From Pavona decussata (Eukaryota): a stretch of 64,000 bases of DNA. Location: positions 682,001 through 746,000 of the forward strand of contig CDRNST010000204.1 in NCBI GenBank assembly GCA_977016875.1, written 5' to 3'. Position numbers and translations under genes: made by a program. The notes beneath the pieces are model-generated. The model searched no databases, was not told where the DNA came from, and saw only the letters and a program-made list of their open reading frames with translations. Position 1 is the stretch's first letter. Each line of letters opens with the position of its first letter. Below, in pieces: positions 35,895 through 49,100 of the stretch.

Positions 35895-38800
35895 GTAAGT
35901 AATACTCATTCTCGTTCGATATTGTTTGATGCGGTATAGTTGTAGCATATTTCACTTAAAAACATGAGATGAACTAAGAAATTACTAAAGGGCACTCAAT
36001 TTGCTACTCAATTATCCGGCAGCTATGCCTTGGTTTTAAATATGGTGGTTTCTACCTACAAACACTGGCTAGTATCATAACAAACGGTTTTAAATTATGC
36101 TGAAAATTGCTTACTACGACACAAGACGTCTTCTAGTTTTTCCGGGTCAATCTTTCTCGAGCAGCAGTTCTAACTGAACCACAAGCATTTAGCTCGCTAC
36201 ATAAACCCGGGTTCGATAGAAGGAAGTCTAGCATAGTCAGTGTTAAGAGGGAGAGGACGAGAATGTCAAGGCTGAACTGTACAGTCAACAACGACATTTA
36301 CAGCAGTATTTAATTTTTAGAGTCTCGATTCCAGGGGCAGTCTCATCGAGGACATTTTCAGCAAAATATTTCAACGTATTAATTGTCGCCTGTGTTCTTT
36401 GGTCGTCTTGTTCCCTTTTCGCCAATTCAGATTGGTGTGTCCGGATACTTTAGCTGAAAATTTAAAAGTTGAAGAAAGTTTTAGGAAACGAAATTTTATT
36501 CTACGAATTTACAAGCTGTTTTTGCAGTTTAACGGAAATGCAAATCGATCTCTTTTCGCTTTCAAGACTGTTCTAATTTAAGAGTCAAAAAGGTTTGCCT
36601 GAGACATAAAAATTCGGTTTTGAAAATTAACTATTTCATTTGAGAGAAAATAAGCCGGGTTTTGACAACCTTACTGATGCAGTCCTCTGTGTGTTTATTT
36701 AAAAACCAGCGTTCTTGAAATATAAACAGGAAGTTGAAATTAAAAGCACTATACCAAGAAAGGTTAAACAAAACAAAATATAAGCTTCTAAAAAATTAAG
36801 ACAGACATTTTAACAAGCAAAATAAAGTATGCTAGAGATTATCTTTTCAATACCTTCAACGCAAATAACTTACGCAAGAAAAATGGCAACCATTGTCTTC
36901 TATCGTTTAGTCAAGGTTTTGAATAATATAAGTCGCATACGTAACGCAATCCAAAGCTCTTCGCATGTCACTGGGTTAGTTTTTTCTTATACTAGGCCTT
37001 ACCATAAGTGTTGGCCAATCTTCATACCACATAAAAAAGTTTGGACTTGCCGACATGAGTTCCAGAATAGCTTGGTCATATTTTTTATCCGCATTACATA
37101 TTTTAACTTGCTTTTTCGAAAATAGACCTGAAGGTCCTGCCCTTGTTTTCATTCTTTCGTTTCATTCAATTGAAGCGTGTTCCGCCAATAAGATGCCTAA
37201 ATCCACACTCGGTAAAGCTTTTTTTTTTCTAACATGTAATATTAATTCATCTTTAAACTGAATTATGCCGAAATCAGTAGCTAGACTTAAGAAATTGGGA
37301 ATCCGCCTTAATTCTTGGCAGTGACAGACTGACAGGGAAAAACCCCTAATCATGACGATCCCTGTTTTCAGTTTCTAGTGTCAGCATGCTTTTGCGATGA
37401 CGCGATTTCCTAAATGTTTTTCAATGATTGCTAAGGGTTAACGTTTTCAAAGGCGACAAAACAGTTAAATGAAGATTTAAAAAAAGGATTAAAGAGTTCA
37501 TATGAAACCCGATGGTATTTTATCTGTGGCCATTTCACAGATAGCAGGATTCTCGTAAGTGTTTTATCGCAAAGAAAGCGAACGTTGATCGTTGTTTTTT
37601 TTTCTCTGACTCTTGAGAGGACATATTCGTTTGGGTGCCTTTCAACTATGCGCGAACACTAAATTGGTTAAGTATAGCGGATGTCTTCAACAGGCAGCTT
37701 TCACGTCTTGAGACTGATTGATTTCGATCCATTTTGGTTCTTATTCAGTCTGATTCACAAGGCCGGAGTACCGATGTTTCTGTTGTATATAAAAACAAAC
37801 TGTTAGCCAAGGAAACTGCATGACAAGTAGTAAACAAATTATTAAAGATTGTGAAAAGGCACACGCAGCGTCAGAATTCAAGACTGATTATGCACATTAA
37901 TTTCTTTTAATTATATATTTTTGGCGCATTGGTTTTTAACTCCCAAAAATTCTGGGGGGGGGGGGTGCAAGCCCCCCTGCCCCTCCCCCTGCTACGGGCG
38001 TGCATTTACAGCAGCATTTCCAGGGGCAGTCTCAACAAGAACATTTTCAGCAAAATATTTCAGCTAATTAATTGTCTCCTGTGTTGCCTGATCATCTTGT
38101 GCCCTTTCAGATTGGTGTGTTCGGATACTTTAGCTGAAAATTGAAAATGAAGAAAGTTTTAGGAAACGAAATTTTATTCTACGAATTTACAAGCTGTTGT
38201 TGCGGTTTAACGGAAATGCAAACCGATCTCTTTTCGCTTTCAAGACTGTTCTGATTTTAAGAGTAAACACGTTTGCCTGAGAGATAAAAATTCGGGTTTT
38301 GAAAATTAACTATTTCATTAAAGAGAAAATAAGCCGAGTTTTGACAACCTTACTGAATGAACAGATGCAGCCAGTATTCCACTAGCCCCACCACACCAGA
38401 TTTCTCTCCACTCCCACCCCCCCCCCCCCCCTCCCCCGCTTTCCCTTGCGGCCTGAAGAGTGTCAGCCGAGTTAAATGCACGGTTCCATAAAATTGCTGT
38501 ATCAATGCGTTTTTCTTTGCGATAGAACACTTACGAGAATCCTGCTATCTGTGAAATGGCCACAGTTAAAATACCATCGGGTTTCTACGGATCTAACTTA
38601 TATGAACTCTTTAATCCTTTTTTTTTTTTTTTTAATCTTCATTTAACTGTTTTGTCGTATTTGAAAACCCTTAAGTGTCCCTAAAAAGTATTTCTCTAAA
38701 ACTGAACGGGAAATCGTGTCATCGCAAAAGCATGCTGACACTATAGAAACTGAAAACAGGTATCGTCGTGATTAGGGGTTTTTCCCTGTCAGTCTGAAGA

Positions 38801-41800
38801 AAAACAGTGGGTTCCCATTTTCTTTAGTCTACTGATTTCGGCATAATTCAGTTTAAAGGTGAATTAACCTTTACCCAGTGTGGATTTAAGCATCTTAACT
38901 GAGATAAACTTGGCGGAACACTTTTCTATTGAATAAAAGAAATGAGAATGAAAACAACGGCAAGACCTTTGGTCTATTTTCGACTTCTAGAAGTCACGTC
39001 GGCAAGTCCTAACTGTTTAATGTGGTATGAAGGCTTGCCAACACTTATTAGTAAGCATATAAAACAAGCATAGGTATATAAGAAATAATTCTTTCTGAAC
39101 TACCGTATTTACTCGAATAAGCGCCGCGGCGCTTATTTAATTTTTCGTGTCTCCTGTGCGGCGCTTATTCGAGGGCGGCGCTTATTTGAGGGCGGCGCTT
39201 ATTAAAAGGCTCATACCACAAAGCCAAAACATTTTGATTGTACAAGCAAACGCTGACAATCTCCTTACTGCAACAGTTACAGGGAAGAGAAAGAGGGAGG
39301 TTGGGCTTCTCTTACCGGCAAAGTTTACAGCCTTCACGCAAGAACTGAAGAACGCGAACATTTTGAAGAGAGAACTAAATGAAAGAGCATCAAGATATAC
39401 CCACTTCGAACTGAAAACATCACTATTGATGAAAATAAATTCCCATTGTTGGCTTAGAACCGCATTGCAGCGATTACAGTGTATTTTTATCATCTTATGG
39501 AAATACTCAAATAATCGCCGCACCGGTGCTGCGGCGCTTATTCGAGGGCGGCGCTTATTAACCATTCCGCTCCATGTGCGGCGCTTAATCGAGGACGGCG
39601 CTTGTTCGGGGGCGGCACTTATTCGAGTAAATACGGTAACTTGACACGCACAGTGCCTTGGATTGCGTTACGTGGCGTATGCGACTTATTCAAAAACTTG
39701 ACCAAACAAAAGAAGACAATGGTTGCCATTTTTCTTGCGTAAGTTATTTGCGCTGAAGGTATTGAAAAGATAATCTCTAGTATACTTTATTTTGCTTGTT
39801 AAAACGTCCTTCTTAAATTTTTAGAAGCTCATATTTTGTTTTGTTTTACCTTTTTTGGTATAGTGCTTTTCAATTTCAACTTCCTGTTCATTTTTCAACA
39901 ACGCTGTTCAAAAAAAGTAAACAGGAAGTTGAAATTTAAACAAAGTAAAGCAAAATACATTATGCTAGAAAATTCCTTTCAATACCTTCAAATAAAACTT
40001 AGCTTGTATTTTTAAAAGCCCATTATGCAAAAACAACCCTATCGTGTCACGTTAGTTCAGACATAAATTTTTCTTGCTTATGCTTGTTCTATACGCTTAT
40101 AATAAGTATTATAAGGAGCTTTCGTGCCACATTTAACAGTTAGGACTTGCCAACTTAAGTTTTAAAATGTTCGTGGTTCTAATTTTTACTCGCAAACTCA
40201 ATTGCAATTTCCCATTACATTTTAGCAAATAGACCAAAGTCAAAGACCAAAGTTCATTTGTTTTGTTTCTTTGGCCGTTCCGAAGTTTATAAAGAGACTT
40301 GTCCATAGCTTACACATTTTTCAAATTGCGTCATGTGAAGAAATGAACCCCATTACCTTGAAGATCACATAAAAATTAGCAAGTTTATCAAGTTTAGTTG
40401 TTTTCTGAAATTGCGTAATAAGTAACCAGGGTGGGACATGTCAAAGGTCGCCCAAATTCTATACAAATGTTCCCAAATCCATACAAAGTCTCGATCTCTA
40501 ATTTTTCCGATTTTTGAAAGCCTCCTAGCTACATGGTTGCAATCCAACAACACAACCTCAGACTTGGTAAACTGACTAATTTGAACGGTGGTCTTCCTAT
40601 TTGTAATAGACCTTTTTCATAAATGGTGGCCGATTTATTATTCTTTTCAATATATGTTAATTAGCCCTACTAACCTCATTTCAGAGTAAAAATTCTTTTG
40701 AATTTTGCACATGCTGACGAGGCTAGTAAGGCTAATTTTCATGAAAATAAAAGAATAATTTATCGGCCGCCATTTATGAAAAAGGTCTATGGACTCCAAT
40801 TTCTTATTAAATGAAAATGTAAAAACTCGTCGTCAGAGTGTCTTTATTTGAACTTCGGAACGGCCAATAGAATCGTGTTTCGCCAAGTTAATATCTTAAA
40901 ATGACTAAATCTACACTGGATGATGCTTTTTTGCATTTTAGAGAAATTCTAAACAGAACGGTCAAGGCATGTTGCTGAATATAGTTAAGACATCTCATGT
41001 CATCACAACTAGGAGGGAAAATACCATCGAGTGCTTTCATGAATTCGTGACAAAGCTTATAAACATTACAACCGATGGTATGAAAAATAACTGACCAGTA
41101 AAATACAAAACGCAAGAGGAACGAACGGGAAAGGAGGTGACAGTGCGTTGTATTGCTTGTCTTGCCTAAAAAATGTATTGGGGTTTCGCTCGGGCAGTCT
41201 TTTCATTCAAAGCTTCCAATTACGCCACCACTTGTTAATATGTTATGTTGTGACCACTGAAATAAGAAGTGGTAATCTTGTACCCTTTCCAAACCTGCAG
41301 TGAGATCTGGGTACGAGAAAAGAGAAGTGGTGCTGTTCGACTGAACGATGTTTCATAAGCAATGTTTGTGAAAAACTAGATTTGACAGTTTTTTCCCCAG
41401 TTATCCACATTGCTGCTTTTAGTCAAGTCGGAANNNNNNNNNNNNNNNNNNNNNNNNNNNNNNNNNNNNNNNNNNNNNNNNNNNNNNNNNNNNNNNNNNN
41501 NNNNNNNNNNNNNNNNNNNNNNNNNNNNNNNNNNNNNNNNNNNNNNNNNNNNNNNNNNNNNNNNNNNNNNAAAAAATTGTGATTGAAAGTAGTCTCTGTT
41601 TTAATCGAAATGAATTGTAAATAGGTTTTAAAAGTTCTTCTTTCTACTTTTGACTTGTAAATAGCAATTTACTTGGAATATATTAATAAAGAGATTATTA
41701 CTATAAATTTTATATACATAAAAAATTATTATTATTATTATTATTATTATTTTATTTTTTTATAATTTTTTTCCTTTTATAAATATTTTAAAGCTTCACG

Positions 41801-41909
41801 TTGTACATGTTCTACCTTATATCACAAGAATTTGAATACGAGAATTTTATATTTGCGGATAATGTGCTTAATTTTTAGGAGTGCATAGGGTTGTGTTAAG
41901 AGTTGGTCA

Positions 41910-41983
<74 letters not shown>

Positions 41984-43414
41984 TCTTTTTATCTTATTCT
42001 TTCTTAGCACCAAGGCATGGTAATTGGGGTCCATGGCAACCTTATGACTGGTACTCAGCCCCCTGCTCTGGAGGTTATAGGACCAGACGGCGCTACTGTA
42101 ACAATCCATCCCCTGCATACGGGGGTAGGGGTTGCCGTGGTAGTAGCACGTGGTCGATCGATTGTAATGAGTGTAACGATGGCAACGGAGGATGTGAACA
42201 CCGTTGTATAAATTACCACGGCTCATATGATTGTCTGTGTTTTCCTGGCTACAAACGTCGTTCAGGCAACTGGAAACGATGTGACCGTAAGTGTTTAATT
42301 TTGGTATTATTTTTAAGTGTGGAATTATAAATTACATGACTGGGTTGATGCATGGAAGACACAAGAAAATTATTAGTCACAGACTGGACTCGGGGGGGGG
42401 GGGGGGGAGAGATTAGCTTTTTGGCAATGCAGAAAGAAGTCATTAGAGATCGTAACTCTATCTAGACCGAACTTTTTGACACTTGGAGGATGAAGAGTTC
42501 GCACAAAAATGTTCTCCTTTGGCATCCGTAACAAAACGTTGTGACGTCCCATGACGTTTAATTACGTCATATTGCCAAATGGCGACAATCTTAGATCCGC
42601 GATCTTGGATTTTGGCCAAATATTTGGGAAAGGCCAAAATTAAAGGAAACATAATCACAACAATAAACAGACACTAATATGAGCAAAGAAAGGTAAACTT
42701 TTCAAAAAAAAAAGGATTTTCTAAAACAATTTGCCTGTCAAAAGTTGGTTATCATTGGTAACAATAAAGTCGGTGATTTACACTTCCTAACTACACCCCC
42801 TCCCGATTGTTTTAATATAAATTGCTGAGAAAGTTGTGAAGTTTCATTGCGTTTGCACAAATATTAAAAAAGTTATTCTGGTTAAACTTTTCCACGTTAT
42901 TTCGTGATTTACTTAATGGATGAAAGACTATTGCAGTTATGTACCCAACTTAAGAATTTGCGTGATGAAAACTTATGATATATATGAACTACATTAGAGA
43001 AATCTGATACGGATGAAAGACATCCTCTCTTGTTAAAGATCATTAACTTTTCTTTTCCCGAGCGCTTAAGTTGGGTTCATAATTGCGATGACTTTTCATC
43101 TAAATAACATTTCGAAAACTCGGCTCACTTGTATAGTATTTCGTATAAAGTAGTTTTCAATTGAGTTTCGAAAGTAATTTTGTGTTTGCTTTGGTTTTAC
43201 CCTACTGCGCTAAGGAAACTCTTGAAAATTTCTCAACCAGTGGGAATCTAAACCAAAATCAATTGTACCTTGGTCGCACCTGTTTTCTCACGCTTTACGT
43301 GGGTTACACGAAGTATTTACTTCAAATTCGGATTGGCTCTCTGCGCTGCTTACGTCAACGAAATTACTTTGGTTTTGATTTTACGACACTCAATTGAATA
43401 ATAATAACAATAAC

Positions 43415-43456
<42 letters not shown>

Positions 43457-46034
43457 CTTTTATTCACTGGTCTACTTCAGGTATAGTCATTGCTATATTG
43501 CCACAACATCGCAAAATTTTATGACCATGTTGTGACGAAGTTTTCCAGCATTGTGGAGTGCGACATCTTTATCTTCCTCTTTTATTTCTTTTTATTTAGG
43601 AATCACTTGTGCCACGAGCAACTGGCCATCTCCTAGCAACGGACGGTCATCGTGTGGCGGTTATTCTTATGTGGATTCTGGGACAACGTGTACTGTGACG
43701 TGTAATCCTGGTTATAAAATTAATGGCCCATCATTTTCTCGCTGCGGTAATCAAGGAAGCTGGTACCCAAGTACAGTGCCGAATTGCCAAGGTGAGAAGT
43801 ACTGGGTTAAAATATCGAGCTAAAGGTAAAGAAAAGTCTAAGTCAAGACCTGAGGGACAAAATCTTCTCGAAGAATTTATATTGATTAGTAATTAAACCC
43901 CAGGATTAGCTTAATCGGGCTTTGAACAACCGAGCATACACAGTACATGCTTTACATTTTTAGTAACTTCAAGATGTCCGCTTTAAAGCAACAACGAGAA
44001 ATTGCGAAATTGAAAATTTTAAGGAAAACGACGGTGAAATTTTCCTCCTCGTTTTCGATTTGAGCAACCAATGCGACTTATTGGGCCAGTTATTTAACTT
44101 AGACCGCGGCTTAAGACAATCAGTGGGCCTCCAAATCTGTTTATAAGTGGTTTATTTTAATCAGATAAATAGTGTTTTAGTCTGGGATGCAAGCTAAGCC
44201 TTCTTGTTACCGTCGGCAGTAGACAATGTTTAGATATGATTGCTAGAAAAATTGAAGATGACTTAGAACGTGGTTTTGTTAAACACCGTCTAAACTGTCT
44301 TTTAATAACTGACTCATTATGTTCCTGGACAGTTTTGCCACACCGTACGCACAATTAATATGAGTTGAACGGGCCTGGATAAATTGCAAAGTTTCTCAAA
44401 GAGAATAAGTATTTTTAAGTGACGTTTTCTTTGTCATTGCCGTATTGGTTTACTTTCGACGATCAATTCCTAAATCGATGTAAATCACTTGAAGCAAGCT
44501 AACCTTTTTTTTTTTTGCATTTCAGTAATTGAATGTTCACGTCTGGCTCCACCCGACAAAGGTTACATCACTCCTGAAATCTGCAAGACAAAGCCTTTGC
44601 ATGGCCAGAGATGCTCTTATGAATGCTTCCCAGGATACACTCGGGTAGGGCCTAGCTCTACCACGTGTAACAACGGTTATTGGACTCAGGGAAGCTTTCA
44701 ATGTCAAGGTTAGCGTAGTCTAGTAATCTGAGGAATAAACCCTGTGCTACGAGGTAGGGGCTGTGGGAAAGCAAAGTGCCAGGAAGAGGGGAGGGGGGGG
44801 GGGGGGGTGGGCAATATGCCCACGGTGGCTTTGAATATTTATAACGCGTTCATGGTAAAGGCAAACACTACTAAACTTTGAGGCTTTCTTAAAATTTATC
44901 TGGCAATAAAGTGGCATGATATTTCCATGGCAACGAGACTTTGACAGCCGTTTTTGCTATATCCTCGTCACATTTTTATTATTACCCCATTCTGATTCTT
45001 ATTAAGTGGTTTTGATAAATTTTGAACCAGTTTGGATGATTTTCCTCTTTTTTGGAGATATCGAGAAATCCAAGATGGCGGTTGTGACGAACAAATGACA
45101 CTGGTTGCCACGTGATATAATGTCATCGATCCACTTTGCGGACCTCAAAGAAAACAGTTTTGCGCATACTTTATGACCTGCCGTAGCGTCAAGGCTCTTA
45201 AAAAGCCTAGCTGAATTAGCTTATTAGTTTAGTTTTGGTAGACATCGTTACTTTTAGTTGAGACAAAATGTTGGAATGGCTGGAGTGAATAACATGTGAA
45301 CTAAGCAACTAACTACTCAACCAATTAAATTTAAGACAATCAATTAAAGCGAGTGACACACTCGGACACCAACCCACGGCCTGGCCAGTACTAACCTACC
45401 AATAAAGGAATTAACTGGCTGGCTGACTGTCTGATTAACAGACTGACTGTCTNNNNNNNNNNNNNNNNNNNNNNNNNNNNNNNNNNNNNNNNNNNNNNNN
45501 NNNNNNNNNNNNNNNNNNNNNNNNNNNNNNNNNNNNNNNNNNNNNNNNNNNNNNNNNNNNNNNNNNNNNNNNNNNNNNNNNNNNNACTGGCTGACTGTCT
45601 GACTGGCTGACTGGCTGACTGCCTGACTGACTGACTGACTGACTGACTGACTGACTGACTGACTGGCTGACTGACTGACTGACTGACTGACTGACTGACT
45701 GGACTCAACAACCAAAGAGCACCTAAAATAAATCTGTATCCAAACACTATATGTCACTGTTTCTTTTGTGATTCGTTTTCTTAAAGACACACAGCCACCT
45801 TCGTTTGGAGAAACCTGTCCATTGCCTCAAACAGTCTTTGCTGATAAAGGTAAAACAACAGCCATGGTGACCTGGGGACAGGTCAGAGCTACTGACAATG
45901 ATCACGCTACTGTGACTGCCTCACCGAATGTGATGTCACCATACGAGTTCGCAGAAGGAAGCCACACGGTGATTTACACTGCGAAGGATCCATCACAAAA
46001 TACAAAGTTCTGCCACTTCATAGTTAATGTTCAA

Positions 46035-46127
<93 letters not shown>

Positions 46128-49100
46128 TTTATTAACGTGTCAAGAAATGTAGCTGAGGGGACCTCTACTAATAGTGGACACCTAACTAAATTCTGGCTAA
46201 AAAAGAATTTAAATTCACATTGTATACCATAATAATAAAATTTCATACATCAATCGCAAAAATCATGTAAACCCCAGTCATTCTCGGCATAGGTTGCAGC
46301 CTCAACAGTTACTGACATTTGCAGCTAGGGAAGTAAGGTCCTGATTATGCATGACTCTTTTAAATTGCTGTAGAGAGTTTTGATATCTTATTCTAGGAGT
46401 GAGATCATTCCACAGTTTAGGCCCTAGGTAACGAAGTAGAGAAACTTACTTACTACTACCCTACTGCCTTTGATACTGATTCCTCCCCTCTCCCAATTGT
46501 AATTTATATTGGTACTGCTTTCTACTCGTGAGGGACTTTCATGTGATGTTTCATGTGGGGAATACTGCTATGTTGTGAAAGTCAAAGTCATACAAACAAC
46601 TTTTAAGTTTATTCTCTGCGTTCTTGGGACCGTGCAAAAAGAATTCAAAGTAATTTTCCTTTTCCTTATCAGTTCTTCGATGTCAAGTACTATCACCACC
46701 TGCAAACGGAAGACTGGCATCAGTTGTATGCAGTAATGTGTATGGAAGCATTTGTCGCATGCAGTGTTACAGGGGATATGAATTGAAAGGATCCGTGGCT
46801 AGAACATGTGACAAGATACCAGGAACAGATCGGGTACATTGGACAGGAAATGCAACGTTTTGCGAAGGTAGGGAAATCAATGCGTAATTCTACTGGCTAT
46901 TCTTCGGACGAGCTTGTGAAGGATACATTGTTAATGACTTGGTCTGCAACTAATAATGGAGGCGAGATGCTTGTACCGTGCTCAATTCCAGTGATAAGTT
47001 ATCAGACCTGTAACCAGGATTGCTTTCTAACCAAAAGCCTGGTAAGTCTGGTTGAACCAGGCTTTTGTTTTGGAAGGGTTGGTTTTATTTAGCATAGATG
47101 TCGTTGATGTTACTTTATATTTTTTTTATTCGATGGCATGGTTTACTGGATACATTCAAGCGCCCCAAAATTTGATTGCTGTGAGCGTGGGGTTGGGTAC
47201 GACAAAATAACGTTAACTAAACAGGAAAAAGCCCTCAGCATTCCACCAAGGAACTGACTTAAATTTTTTTTTAAATATGTACAGTGTGAACGTAATAAAT
47301 AACACATGCTATCCCGGCTTTCATTGGACTTTTAATAGTATCATCGTTTAACCGCTCATTTAACCTATTACCAACTTCTCAGCGGATAGTTGAAATATCT
47401 TAAACAGCTTAGCCAGTCTTTTTGCTGTTTCAGCATTCCACCGTCACATGACGCAGCTCGTTTTAATTATTTTTTTCCTAACAGCTGTTGAGTGCCCGTC
47501 TTTGGATACTCCTGCTCATGCGAATAAGACTGGTTACGGATGTAGCAGCTCTACCTCTAGGTACGGCACTTCCTGCTTCTTCAATTGCATGCTGGGATTC
47601 GAGGCAGTGGGAGGATCGCGGCAAAGAACTTGTCAGGAAAACCGACAGTGGTCTGGTACACAGCTCCAGTGTCGAGGTAATAAAAAGTCATCATTTTTTC
47701 CTTTGGTTTCGATCAACACCTATACTACCCAATCGTGAGACACGATTAATGTTGTCTTCATTTCAAACCTTGATGACAAACACTTTTCAAGACAACAGTT
47801 TTTTTTACTACTGTTGTCTCTTAAAGGCGTCACATGTCCTGCAATGACTATGAAATCAGAAGGACTCATGGTCAGCCCGCCCATTTGCTCAAACTCAAGC
47901 GCTGTACTTGGATACGGAACAGAGTGCCGTTTTACCTGCAAGAGCGGTTATCAGCTTCAGGGGCCTGGGCATAAAACGTGTTCTCAGAGTAAGAGTTGGA
48001 TTCCCATAGAAAATCCTTCATGCAGAGGTGTGTGTTTACTACGGCATCATTTAAATATGGCTGTCATTAACTATTTATAATATAGACATTTTTCGATAAA
48101 TGGAAAATCCCGCAAACCGGGAATCTCAGTGAATTGAGATTCGTTTGTTAATTTTAGTACCAGTTCAGCTAATTAAAGACTGTGCTGAAAGATTTTTCCT
48201 GAAAGCTCAGAAGGTGTAGTTGATGGAAAAAATTGCTAACCATTCCACGCTTTCTACTAGGGTCTGTTGTTCTTCACAAGCGAATGCAGCTACAATCTCA
48301 ACTTTTTCATTTGATCCCCTCTTGCCTCTGATTCAATGTGGCATAGAATAAAAAATTGGTCTGAAAAGGAAAGGTTGCGGTTGAAAAGTTATGGTTCACT
48401 CTACGCGGATGAAAGCCATGCAAAATTTTTTATCAAAAAGTAGTCTATTTATACTGACGCTCAACTATTCCATGTTCCCAAATCTTGCAACAATCATGGA
48501 CAAAAGTTGTTGAGACACATGAAAAATACCAACCTTTTTCCCTAGGTGTAAATTCTCCTCTCTCCCCTCTTGAAAGGTAGCTTCCCTCCCCCCTTTTCCA
48601 ATATTGGAAACAAATATACTTCCAGGAAGCATTTTGCAACATTGTTTGTGGGGGGGGGGGGGGGGGGGAAGGGGGGTGACTAGAGATAAAAGAGGTGTTT
48701 TCATTCAAACACGAAGTACCATTGTTAGTTCGAAAGCGTCAGTTTTGGTAAATTGTCTCAACATGTTTGTCCATAATTGAAGATCTCGTTTTGTCCACCA
48801 TCTTCACCTCTAGTACTCACAAATTATTTTCCTTGAAATGATGGCCATTATTTCTAACTGGAGGCAGCCCGCATGGTTTAGTATTAACTAAAGCTAATCC
48901 ATCTTTCATCGTTTCTATTTCATTTTTTATTCAAGACGTTTCAGGACCGACGTTTTCAAACTGTCCTTCAAATATCGTCACAACTGCTGATCGAGGAACC
49001 ACGTCAGCAACAATCACATGGACGGAACCCACAGCTTCTGATAATTCAGGGCTCATTCCTAACATCACACACTCAGGAAAAAGGCCTGGGGAGAAATTCC

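Noticed and set aside
39147-39644. 165-aa and 127-aa ORFs as a gene or transposase
   Set aside because: They lie within a TA-flanked MITE; the repetitive peptide comes from GCGGCGCTTATT repeats and has no DDE motif
41822-46246. Poly-Tyr, poly-Asn, poly-Leu and SQSV-repeat ORFs
   Set aside because: Translations of (TAT)n, (AAT)n and (GACT)n microsatellites and N gaps outside the spliced exons
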